Assembly (NCBI GenBank): GCA_012295275.1
Contig: CM022666.1
Coordinates: 8,990,001 to 9,054,000 of the forward strand
Origin: Chrysomallon squamiferum
Taxonomy: Eukaryota > Animalia > Mollusca
DNA: 64,000 nt
Reading direction: 5' to 3'
Part shown: in pieces, positions 1-11,894 of the stretch
How the letters are laid out: the number at the start of each line of letters is the position of its first letter
Numbering within the stretch: the first letter of the stretch is position 1
The notes under the pieces: model-generated
Seen by the model: only the letters and a program-made list of their open reading frames with translations
The model's database searches: none
What the model was told of the DNA's origin: nothing
Program-made: the position numbers and the translations under genes

Positions 1-99
1 TATTGATTGTTAATCATTTATAATGAAAGAAAACAACTATTTGACAAATACCCTGTATAATTTTCATGAGGATGTAGTTTTGTTATCTCAAACATACAT

Positions 100-154
100 T
101 CATACATATAGTTGTATGTGTGTATGTATGCATGTGAGTGTATATGTATGTATA

Positions 155-214
<60 letters not shown>

Positions 215-285
215 CATACATACATACATACATACATACATACATACATACACATATATATATAAATACATACACACATACATAT
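100..285. repeat. Compound (TG/TA)n-(CATA)n microsatellite
   Basis: (TA)n at about 163-210 followed by (CATA)n at 211-250. Confidence 0.95.
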
Positions 286-799
286 AATAAATAACTGAAT
301 ATATAAAAACAACAACAACAATAAATAATGATACTGATGATGATGATGATAAATAAATAATAAATTAAAATAGAGTATATTATGTGTCTACTGTATCTTT
401 TATACTAACATATAAAATAACATCTCCAGGGAATAAATAACTTGCATTATCTTATTACATATTAAATGATTAATAATAATAATAATAAAAACAAACTGTA
501 ATAAAATTTAAAATATCAAAGAAAAAAGGTTTTAAAACATATCAAAAGAGAATATTTTATTTTTCAAAATCTTTTACTAAAATGTAATTTAATAAGTGTC
601 AAAATATATTTAAAAAAATACTACGTCACTCACTGACACATGCTTTAGCATATATTCATAATATTCCTAACGAGTATATTTATATTCAGTCTGTTCTGAC
701 ATTAGGTCAGAGAAACCGTATTAAAATGTAACACAGCAATTCAGTTACATTTGAGAAAGAGCACAGTATTTTTTCTCTTTTGTTGTCTTGATTACTTAC

Positions 800-832
<33 letters not shown>

Positions 833-1781
833 TTAGAGCGAGAGAGAGAGAGAGAGAATAATACATATGCATAAATTAGTTTTAAAAATTTCCTGTTAGT
901 TAAATTAAAATGGAAATTTGAAGTCACACACACATACTTAATCACATATAATTTATCACAAAACAGCTTTGAAATTATTTTAAACATTACAATAATACAG
1001 GTACAGGTAGTATACAGGCTTACAAAATAATAATAAAAATAAATAATAAAAACAGCTAATGACTTTAAGTGCAGGTCAATATTTTTAACTGTGTTAATGA
1101 TTATTGCAAACTAAAAATAAGTGATTGATACAAAATTAATAAGCTGGGTTTAAGTCAAATGCTAGAATGATAAATCATTTTTAATAGATTTTTGATGTTG
1201 GTTACAATATATTGTTTGTCACAGCAGATACTCACTATAGTAATAATAATTTTAATAGTAAGAAGGAGGAGGAGAAGAAATAGATAACAGTAAAAGATAT
1301 TATTGTTAAATTATTTATTTGTCAATATACAACGTTATAACAATAGTAAAAAAAAGAAGAAATAACTGGATAGCTGTAGTATAAGTAGTGGTGGAAGTAG
1401 TAGCAGAAGTAATGGACATAGTAGTAGTAAAAGTAAGACACCCCAGCATAAAAATAAAAATGGCTCTGTGGATCATTTAAGGGTAAATAACATAGTGGCA
1501 GTAATAGCAGTTGTAATAGTAGTAGTAGTAGTAGTAGGAAGAGGAGTGTTAAATAATAATAATAATAATAATAATAAAAATTAAATAAATAAATATATAA
1601 ATATATAAATAAACAAAACAAAACCAGTTAAAAAAATAAAAATAAATAAATTAAAGTTCAGTAAAATAAAGTATTAAAAAATAACCAATTTTAATAATAA
1701 ATATTATCCAGGCACCACTTCAAAATAAGATGAAATAAAAGAAAGGTGTAATGTTTATTTAAAAAAATATGTTTCACTTAC

Positions 1782-2350
1782 TTCCTGATTTCATGAGGTA
1801 AAACGGAACAACTAACATCAGTATGTGCTGAATGTAATAAACCTCTGTCTCCATTGGCAACTGAAAAATGTAAATAATAATATATGTATAAATAACAGTT
1901 ATAATATAAATAAATAACATTAATAATAATATAAATAAATAACAGTAATAACATAAAAAATAACAGCTATGATAATATAAATAAATAACAGTAATAATAA
2001 TATAAAAAAATATTTATAAAAATATTGACAAATAATGTTAATAGTTTATCTAATATCTACACTGACTGAAGTCATCTTTATTATTATTATCATTATTGTT
2101 GTTGTTGTTGTTTCTAAGAAAATAGAAATAAATAAGAAATATTCACTATGTGTGTGTATTATTACTGTAATGCTTACCAGTCGAGTATTGACTACAGGAA
2201 ACAAGATGGCTATGGGTGCCCCAGTCAACATGTGGAGATGTAGACGAAACACTGCAGTGACAGTCTTGCTTTGTGGTGCTGCTAACAAATATATCTGCAA
2301 CAACAACATCATTTTATTTTTAATTTATTAAAACTGATTTCTTCTTCATC

Positions 2351-2382
<32 letters not shown>

Positions 2383-4399
2383 ATGTTCATAAAATGTTTT
2401 TATTTCCTTCCTGTTTATTTGTGGAAATAGTTCCATACAGAAAAAGAAAAGTGACAAAAACTAAATTTGTTTAACTTGTGAGAAGCAATCTTCACTAGAA
2501 GAATCATATAATTTTACATGAAAGAAAATGTTTAATTTTTTAAATGCATTTGTCAGCAGAAGTTTACAAAATGCCTTGAAAATGATAATTATTTTCAGTT
2601 GGACTTTAGGATTGTTGCCCTTTAACGTGCCATGTTCTAACCTCTGAACAGTCACTGCACAAATAAATTACTATACAAAAGATCTACAATATTATGGCTT
2701 AAATTTTTAGAAAAAACCCTAAAATAGATTTGAAATAATAAATATTTTCAATACCTAATTTTAGTTTTGGCCTTATGTAAAAACTACTAGAGATAGTAAC
2801 TTGAAATTTTGTCCAATGTTCATGTAAATTAGTTTCAAAACTTGATTTTTGAGATATAAGATGTAAAAATTCTGTGCAGTATTTTATTTTTTCATTTTAT
2901 TTTATTTTTTATTTCTGCTTTCTTATTTTTTCTTTATTATTATTATTATGTTGTTGGTATTTTTTTCTCCTCCTAACAAATAACCCCCAAAAATCCCTTT
3001 CTTTCACATCAGACGACGGTTAGTAAAATATAAGCTACATGTTTTAATTGGTAATAAATCAAAAACTGGTACAAATTAAAGTAGTTTTATTTTTCTGGCT
3101 GCAGCTACATTTAGCAGATTCTTTGATTAATAGCAACTGAAAATTATGGCAAGAAGTGTATATCAAAATGCAGATATAATTGAAATGAAAATTAAAATTA
3201 GAAAAGATTACACAGAATGATACCTGATTAGACACTAGACATATTTGGGCACTAGACATGATTGAACACAGCTAGACATGACTAGACAAGATAAAACACA
3301 AGAGGAATAGACAGGATTAGACATTATTAGACATTACTAGACATGACTAAGCAGGACTAGATTGGACTAAATATAACAGGCCAGTTTCAAATAAAACAAA
3401 AATTTAACTAAATTATTAAAAAGTAAAAGCAAAAAAAAACCAATAACAAACAAACAAACAAACAAAATTCTGTAGAATAGATATAAATATACTGACATGG
3501 GAAAAATAATCACAGAGCTGAACAAATGTACAATTCATTCTTTTTAACTATATATGTATATTAGCGTATCACTTTCACACAGAACATTTCACCTATGGAA
3601 TCAATATTTTTGACAGGCTTATTGAAAAGCTGCAGTTGTAAGCTGAAACTTAACGATGCAATGATGCATACCAACCACAGCCGGTTCAAATCAATAGGCT
3701 GACTTCTCAGAGTGAGTGGGCTGTGGCTAAGTGTTTACAACTGAGGCATGACAGATTATAGGATCAATTCTTCTTAGTGAACATGCAGAGCATCATATAC
3801 CTAGATGACCCATTAGTGCTGGTATTTGTATTTTTTAAATAAAAGGTGCCATTGCTTATGGTTTTTTATGTACAGGAATGTACAAATTTCCTGTTCCAAC
3901 ATGACCTCCAATTTTGGTTTATAAAGACCAATTTTAGGTTCTTTCATTCTTGCAGGAATGTTCATATTCTTTTACTTCATAGTGAATGGGTTAGATATTT
4001 AGATATAATCTATGGAAATGACAGGTGCATATAAAAGAATCCTGTAATGACACTAAATGTCTGAATATCAGATCAACAAACAGTGAGTCATAATGGCCAT
4101 TTTCTATTTCAGTCACCTAGTTTATCAGAATATGTGCTTCTTGTTTGAGAAAATGAATATATAAAACTTGCTTCCTATTGACATAGAATTTAAACTCTGC
4201 TCCATACGTAACAGCTGGCTAATATTGATATCACTTCTTTTATACAAACATCTTCAAACACAAAGGAAAGCTTGTGGTATTTCTAACCTGCATATTGAGT
4301 ACTGGATGGAATGGTAAATATTTCTGTGAGACAAAGTGATCTTGCAACCAGTGAGGTTTATATTATCTAACCTTGCTACATCCCACTTAAGTACAACTG

Positions 4400-4439
<40 letters not shown>

Positions 4440-5345
4440 TGCATAAGTGCGTATATATGCTTGTATGTGTGTTTACATTGAAACAGCTGTGATGATGAGA
4501 ACTGGTTATTGTAGACAATTCTAGCATGAAATAAGATAGTTATGAATGAAAATGCAAAATTTAGCAAATAGAAAACATGAAAAATCTTCTATTAAATTTC
4601 CATTTTAAATTTTTCATGAGTAAAAAATCATATATATATATCTGGTTGTCTCTTGATTTATAAATGACCAGTATTTACAAAACTTGTATATATATTCAGT
4701 TTCTTGTATATAAATTCAGTCATTCTTGTTAATATACTCTGAAATTCTGATCATGATGTCAATGTAAAATTTAAAAATAAACAAAAACAGTTAAAAGATA
4801 TTAAGATTATTTTTACCAAAAAAACAATACTTGTATGAACAATTAAGAAAAAAAACACAAATTAACAATTAAATAAACAACATACATATTAAAAATTAAG
4901 GAACAAAAACACATATTACGAAATAAAAACAACAACAATACACAGATTAACAATTAAGAAAACAATACACAAATTAACAGTTAAGTAAACAACACACATT
5001 TTAACAGTTAAGAAAACAATATACCTGTATCATTGTTGCTATGTGACAGGGATTCAGCAAATAAATAACTTGACGTGTAGCAAACTTAAATCCAAGCTCA
5101 ACACCAAAAACAAGACACAGAAGGACTAGAAGCAACCGTTTGCCAGTGTCATCAGGCTTGATGTGAGAGGCTGGAATTCTGGGAAATGTTAACTTTTGCC
5201 ATCCTTTCCACATGACAAAGATAGCAAAGATGGAGGCAAAGAAAGTTTCAATGACTCTCTGCTGCAGACTGAGAAAATCCACACACTTCTGTCCACCATT
5301 GCCAGGCAGTGTGTGGTCAACTCCCGAATATGTCCACTCAAACAT
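1782..5345 (-). CDS. TMEM164: TMEM164 transmembrane protein (putative acyltransferase), 5' coding part; remaining exons probably lie left of the window
   Basis: Coding exons 5345-5025 (MFEWTYSGVDHTLPGNGGQKCVDFLSLQQRVIET...FKFATRQVIYLLNPCHIATMIQ), 2294-2178 (IYLLAAPQSKTVTAVFRLHLHMLTGAPIAILFPVVNTRL) and 1860-1782 (LPMETEVYYIQHILMLVVPFYLMKSG). All junctions are GT-AG and phase-compatible. The motifs GVD..GNGG, LLNPCH, FPVVNTRL and YYIQH are recognised from TMEM164 proteins. Confidence 0.93.
3225..3370. repeat. Degenerate 10-bp minisatellite (ACTAGACATG-like)
   Basis: Repeated ACTAGACA/ATTAGACA units with about 10-bp spacing. Confidence 0.8.
4024..4042 (+). mobile_element. Short fragment of the same SINE core
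   Basis: GGTGCATATAAAAGAATCC shares GTGCATATAAAAGA with the reverse complement of the core at about 6255-6270. Confidence 0.35.
4835..5024. repeat. ~27-bp tandem repeat abutting the TMEM164 donor
   Basis: About 6 copies of TTAACA(A/G)TTAAGAAAACAATACACAAA-like units ending at the exon boundary 5024/5025. Confidence 0.8.
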
Positions 5346-5409
5346 CCTCACCCATACCACTCAACTGAGTTAATTATCCATCAATGTTGTCTGTTGATTC
5401 TAGCAACAC
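5346..5409 (-). other. TMEM164: TMEM164 5'UTR part of the first coding exon
   Basis: Pyrimidine tract and acceptor TTTTCAG| at 5410-5411 (minus), 64 nt upstream of the ATG at 5345. An in-frame stop lies upstream of that ATG. Confidence 0.75.
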
Positions 5410-6230
5410 CTGAAAAAGAATAAATACAAAAAATAAATAAATAAACAGTTATAATTTATGAAATGACAGAAGAAAAAGAATGAAAGAAAGAAACAAAGAA
5501 AAACAAGATTAATATTATGTAAAATAGTTAAGGTACTGCATCAACACCTGTTTACAATGAAATTAAGGTATCTGAGTTGTGATGTGTGTGTAATTAACTT
5601 TCTCCAAGACAAAACACATTGCAAACTATAAATTCTACACTAAATGATTAGACAATATATCTTTGGCATCTACCAAAAATATACAGACATATACATTCAA
5701 ACACATCATACATATATAATTTCACTTGTACACAAACACACACACACAGACATATACCAACCTTGTATCTTCTTCACAAGAAACACACAAATAAATTTCT
5801 TTCTTCAGCAACACACAATGTCTGTTATATACAAGAACCTGTCTGTTTATACCTTATTATAAACACTGGGTGAAATTAGTGTTTAGAAACAGTAGGTATA
5901 AATCACTGGTTTTAATTAGAATGAAAAACCTGAAGTCCACAGTCCAAGTTACAGAACTGGCACACATCAAATTGACCTCATTTTGGCACATGACAGCAGA
6001 TACAAATGAATAAACAACACTTAGTTAAAACTGGGATGTAGCTCAGAACTGAAGGATACAGAATGTTGATGGTTTTAAAGTTTTAGTCAGTGAGACTCTG
6101 AAAGATAAGTCTGGAGTGTCTAAAAACAATGAATAAATGTTTGTTTAATTAAACTTCAGTTTATTTTATTATAAACAAATAAAATCATATTTTTTCTATT
6201 ATGATGAAAAAATATATGTACTGCAGCCAT

Positions 6231-6293
6231 TTCTTTAGCAATTAGCAGAAAGTGATCTTTTATATGCACTTCCTCACAGACAGGAAAACATAC
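6231..6293 (-). mobile_element. Decayed SINE central-domain fragment (Meta/MESC-type mollusc SINE-like)
   Basis: ATTAGCAGAAAGTGATCTTTTATATGCACTTCCTCACAGACAGGAAAACATAC resembles a gastropod tRNA-SINE core recalled from memory. Related fragments occur in this window at 4024 and 47619. Confidence 0.55.
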
Positions 6294-9200
6294 AGACTGA
6301 CAAATTAACAATAACAGTTATTGCTATTATTATTAGTTATCAAAGTATTCAAGCCCTGTATTAATTTTAGCAGCAAACACATATGTACTAGAAGTACTCA
6401 TAATACTTTTCAGATGTTATTATCAAAACAAAAAAATATATATTTTAGCAGATCATTAAATTTACTGCTTCAAATTAGAATGCTGAAAATATTCCAAATT
6501 TAGTTAATACACTGCCTAGAGTCATCTACACTAGATTATCGTTAAATTAAATCAAATTTAAAATAGCTTCAAAAATACCACAGACATTAAATACCACTCT
6601 GCCTAGAAACAGATTCAATTTCTGTTAAATTCATACCTAAGGCCTAGCCTATCTGTTATTATAGTCTGAATATCACTGTTTGTGCCGAATATCTTGAAAA
6701 TTCATCTGTTTAAAGTTAACATGAAAATGTAAACTAGGTTTCTATTTCCATAAGCACCTCCCAGGAGTTTCACATATACAGCAATAAAACCATAGCTGAT
6801 CAATAGATGAAGCAGTAGATCCTGTACACACCCCATCATTAATTTAAACTGTAAATATTGCCTTATACAAGATGGTGAAAAATATCTGAAAATACTGTTG
6901 TTAAACACTTGATGCTTAATATTGTGTGTGATATGGATTAATTGTGAACGAAAGATTGATTTCATCAATCTAGAGAGACAGAGATGGAGAAAGATACAGA
7001 CAGAAATTGAGGGAGAATGAGTGAAAGAAAGAAAGTGTAAGGGAATGAGAGGCAGACAGATAGAGAGAAATGAAAAGAAAAAGTATAGGAAATACACACT
7101 GAAAGAGAAACAGAGTAAAATAAAAAGATGATGTGAAACAGCAAAAGAGAGAAAGATATGTTGACAGAGATCAAGAGAGAAAGGAAGAAAAAAAGAAAAA
7201 TAGGAAGGGAAAACATTTATAAAGGAAAAAAAGAAGAGAAAAAAAGAAAGATGAACAATAGAAGTAACTAGGAGATGGAAAAGCAGAGGAAGATAAAGAT
7301 GTCTGCAAAGTGAGATGGAAAGAAAAATAAAAGGTGGTTTCAAGTTACAGTCAAACAATTTACATCAACACATGATAAAAAAGCAACCTACCTGGAATTA
7401 AACCAATGTACATGTAAACCAAACATATGTTTTAAATGTGATAGCATGCAGTGGTCATCTAAATGATACATGTTCACTGTTCCACAATGATCAAATCAAA
7501 CTTGATAAATTTTCTAAATGAATTCTCCAACCGCAAGATGAAATATCTTGAACAGAACAAAGTCTGCTGTAAGACTAAATCTGATAGGCCTGAGAAGTCA
7601 GATTATGCTTACAAAAAATATGACATGGATGCTAATGCAAATTTGTGATATTTTAATAGTTCATGTGAACTTCACAAAGTGAATAACACAGAGATAAAAA
7701 TCACATCATGAAATGTAAAACTGAAGTAAACGGAACAGTCTTCAAACCAGTCTGTTTACCTGGTCACCTTGTTTTATACAGGTCTCTTATTTCTTGACTA
7801 TCTGTAAGGTTGTGTTATTGTCATTATTTTGTGTTTATTTTTATGGAAAGTCTCAACAATACATAGTTCTTTTTCACTACCTCTCTACCTATCTTCCTTT
7901 CTGTTTATCTACATACTTATTTGAGTGTGTGTCTAAATGATATAAGCTCTTAAATATGCATACATATGAACTTATTAATATTATGCATGATTTACATGTG
8001 TATGTTTTTCTTATGTCAGTTAATGCATATACTGATACAGACATATATATATATATATATATATATGGATTTATGTTCCAATGTGTAGGTATACATATTT
8101 TATTCCTGGTATAGTCTTCAAAGGAAATTCACAAACACACACACACACAGAGTAAAGTAAAAAATCATGGTAATGATACCTCTCTTGTAGCATGCTATTT
8201 GTAGTGTTAGATTAGTGTTACCAATCACAAAGTGATCAGTATATCAGATAATCACCACTGACAATAGTTGTGTGTGCAGAAAACTGATATTCAATACGTT
8301 GTTATGTATCACAAACACACCTCTGTATATGTGTGAGAAGAAGTACACAGGATTACACCTAAACCAAATATATATTTAGTCATTAAAATAATAGATAATA
8401 ATAATAATCACAATAACAATAATAATAAGAATAATAATTTTGATGCTAATAATAATAATAATGATGATGAAGTTGTGGATGTTGATGATGTATCTGAAAC
8501 ATGTATAGCAACATGTATAACAATAACAACATCTACAACAACAACAATAATAAAGACGACAACAATTATGTCTATGCAAGAGAAACAAAACCAGAAAAAT
8601 GAGTTGTTGATAGAAAAAATATATAAATATGATTTATAAGAAGGTTAAATGATCCAAGTACAAAATTTTGAAGCTTTGGTTCACTTGATCCTGGCTAGGT
8701 TGTTCAAAAAAATTTGTCAGAAATTTGAAGTTGGTTCTTGATCAGATAAAGACTAATTACTCCGTGTAAAGAAACTGCAGATAGATATTATGAAAATAAT
8801 AAAAGCTGCATGGCGCCCAGTGCATGTTTTAACAAACTATCAAAAGTGTACTTAATGACTTCCTGAATTCTGATAGCTTTAATTAAAACTTTAGGATTGA
8901 AATATATAAATAATAATAGAAATAAAGAATATTAATGTAAAGAAAAAAAACAAAAACATTAATAATAAGAGAAAAATGACTGTTTCTGCTCTGGAATTTA
9001 CAGCGTTAAGTAACGAAGGTCTACAGTCTACAGTGTAGATCAGCGGAGGATATAGAATTTTGGGGAAAATGATTATGGAGTGTTGAAAAGCCGTCAAAAG
9101 CTGAACATTTGGTGGCTTTTTTGTAAATTTTGATTTTGATGTGCGTTTTGGAATTAAACTCTCACATAGACATAGACACACACATACCTATGTTTCTAAA

Positions 9201-10229
9201 GTAAACAAAATGGATGTTTTTAATGAATTACTGATTAAAATGTTTATATTATTATTACAAATAAATTAACAAAAATTCAAAATATTCTAATAGAAGTTAA
9301 TTAATTTAACACAGCACTGACTGTAAGAAACATCGATCTAAAATATTTGATATAACTAAAATAAAGTTGCAGGCAATAATTTCTCAAGCACCAAGTTCTG
9401 CATCGTGTGGTGTAGTTTTTATTACGTCTCTCTGTTTGGTCTATTGATTATTTTAGTTAATACAAACATAAATACCAGTCAAGATACTTTCAAACTGGCC
9501 ACATCTCTTGAACTTTCTCAAGGTAATATAAAAAATATATATATATGTGGATATAGTAAAATGAAAGTTATTCTTCATTTTTTTTAAATAATAGTTATAT
9601 TTAAAAAAAATGTTTCTTACAAATGAAATAAATATAATAAAATATACCAGTGACACAAACATAAAAAATATGAAAACAAACAAATAAATAAATAAATAAA
9701 TAATAATCTTACAACTGAAAATAACATAAAATATATACTGCTAAGTGAAACAAACTCCACATCCCCCAGACAAGGTATCTGAGAGGTAAAAATCAATGAC
9801 AGGTGCCAGAACATCAGACATACAGACATAAACTGTTTCTTTAATTTGTTTAAAACTAACATAAACAGCCTTCCACATCCTGCAATAACTCTATGATCAT
9901 TAGCTTACAAGAACACAGAAAGAGAATTTTGTATAATCTTTCCTTCTCTAGTTTTTATCTTTGTGTGTGGAACTACTAAAAAACAACCAAAAAAAAAAAA
10001 GAAGAAAATGTTACATTGAAATATTACACATACATGAACCCACTTTAATTATTATTATCATTATTATTATTATTATTTGTATTATTATTATTACAGAGTA
10101 AATATTAATGTCTGTTTATGCATATACTAAAAAAAAAAAAGTAAAAATATAAATGAAAATAATACTTCCAAATACTGTGAAAAAAACATTTGTATTAAAA
10201 AAAAATAAAAAAATAGAAAAGAATTAAAA

Positions 10230-10680
10230 ATCATTTAAAACAACAACCTGCAATCACAACATTAAAACATTGACAACTACAACACATTTACAATATTAAC
10301 AACAATCAGTATATCTACAACATTAACAACAACCAACATATACAATATTAAAACAATGACAACAATCAGTATATCTACATCATTAACAACAACAACCAGC
10401 AATCACAACATTAAAACATTGACAACTATCAACACACCTACAACCACCAGCATACACAACATTTAAATAGTAGACACTACCAACACATATACAACATTAA
10501 CAACATCAGGAACAACAACCATCACACACAAAATTATTACACTGACAATTATCAATATATTTACAACATTAATATCAACCAATATCAGCAATAACAACCA
10601 GCATATCAATACCTTTGAATCAACTTCAGGAAAACACTGAAAACAACAGCATCTGAACCTACAACAACATATGTGAACGT
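10230..10680. repeat. Degenerate ACAACATTAA-rich minisatellite
   Basis: Recurring ACAACATTAA(A/C)A, CAATCACAACATTAAAACATTGACAACTA (x2) and AACAATCAGTATATCTACA (x2). Confidence 0.8.
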
Positions 10681-11164
10681 AACATATTGTGGTAACAAAC
10701 TTCACAATTTTCTGTAAAATCCAATCTCTGCAATCTGATCTGGCTAGGTGAAAGATTTGCCCACAAAAGGCATGCTTCAATGGTTCTGTGGTAAAAGCAT
10801 GATAGAAACTATCCACCCATTCATAATACAATCAACATGATCTAATAATAAACAACTGCTTACATTTCCAATCATTTGAATCATTTTATGTAACCTCATA
10901 CTGTATCTTTATAAATCACTGTATCTGGACAAACTCACACACACACACATACATACACTCACATATCTACGTGTGTGTGTGTGCATATGTATGTATACTG
11001 AAACCCCTAACTTTTGACCTTCATTGCTAAGTCTACATGGAATCAGCAAAGAACAATTTAGTTGTAGTTGATAGATGTTAGATAGTCTAAGTCCCTCGTA
11101 AAATAAAAAAAGGTTTAACTTATAAACTTCAAGTTTTATGGACGAAATAAAAAATATTGACAAA

Positions 11165-11894
11165 GGTTCAATTTAGGTCCCCCATAACTTATATTGAACC
11201 CTACCAGTCCTTATATTGAATCAGGGGTTCAGCATAAGGATCAGTGGCTCAGTATGCATTTTCTTTCACCTAATTGAGACTGCTGCACTATAGAATGATG
11301 TAAATTTAAAACCAGGATTAGAAAGATATGAAGTAAGGAAGGAAGGAATAAACATCAGTTCAAAATAGTATACCCACTGTGTCAGTTATATTGTCCAGAT
11401 CCTCACGTAAGTTGAAGTTTTCCAACACATGATTCATCATTTTTGATTGTAGCTTATCTGACTATGTCAACTTGGAAGTCAACTTGGAAGTCAACTGAAT
11501 ATCCACCGCCATCTCTGGCAGTATTCTGAAGTTATTTTATCTGGCTATTTACAGCTCTGTAGAAGCATGGACCATCTGGAATTGTTGGTACTAGTTTCAA
11601 AAGGTAAGAGGGACATCAGGTCCTTGCTCTTCTCTCTAAGACCATAACTTATTGTCTATATTTTCAGTTCAGAGTCTTCATTTTTGCTGTTCATGTTCGT
11701 GTTGACTGTCAGGTTCAGTAGTGTTGTTTCTGTAACCATTTTGTGATGTCTCTATAACAAGATTTCTGTTGTTCACACATTATATCTGAACTTTCAACTT
11801 CAAATCTGGCTCCAGCTGCATAATCAGCATCAAATCATACATTTGGATTGCAAGGCCAAATGCCACAACATTCAACTGGTGGTTCAACATAAGG
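11165..11894. mobile_element. Possible degenerate DNA-transposon relic with a repeated GGTTCAAYATAAGG motif in both orientations
   Basis: Motif copies at 11165 (+), 11188 (-), 11209 (-), 11226 (+) and 11881 (+). The intervening DNA is less AT-rich than the flanks. Confidence 0.35.

Noticed and set aside
18-321. Overlapping ORFs with YIYI/VCMY/HTYI repeats (similar ones at 51235-51681, 58688-58971, 61061-61336, 63464-63869)
   Set aside because: They are translations of (TA)n, (TG)n and (CATA)n microsatellites with no protein signal.
1322-1621. Hydrophobic minus-strand ORF as a candidate next TMEM164 exon
   Set aside because: It is derived from (TAG/TAA)n repeats, does not resemble the expected continuation and has no convincing splice sites.
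2654-2880. Possible MITE bounded by ACTGCACA/TGTGCAGT
   Set aside because: The inverted match is only 8 bp and there is no clear target-site duplication.
3673-3728. CCACAGCC...GGCTGTGG inverted repeat as a possible pre-miRNA
   Set aside because: The stem is only 8-10 bp with a large, poorly paired interior.
6030-6080. tRNA-like start GGGATGTAGCTCAG
   Set aside because: No cloverleaf or T-arm follows; at most a decayed SINE head.
6702-7358. 218-aa F/L/S-rich ORF on the minus strand
   Set aside because: It is the translation of a purine/pyrimidine-skewed low-complexity tract in the TMEM164 leader intron, with no recognisable family motif.
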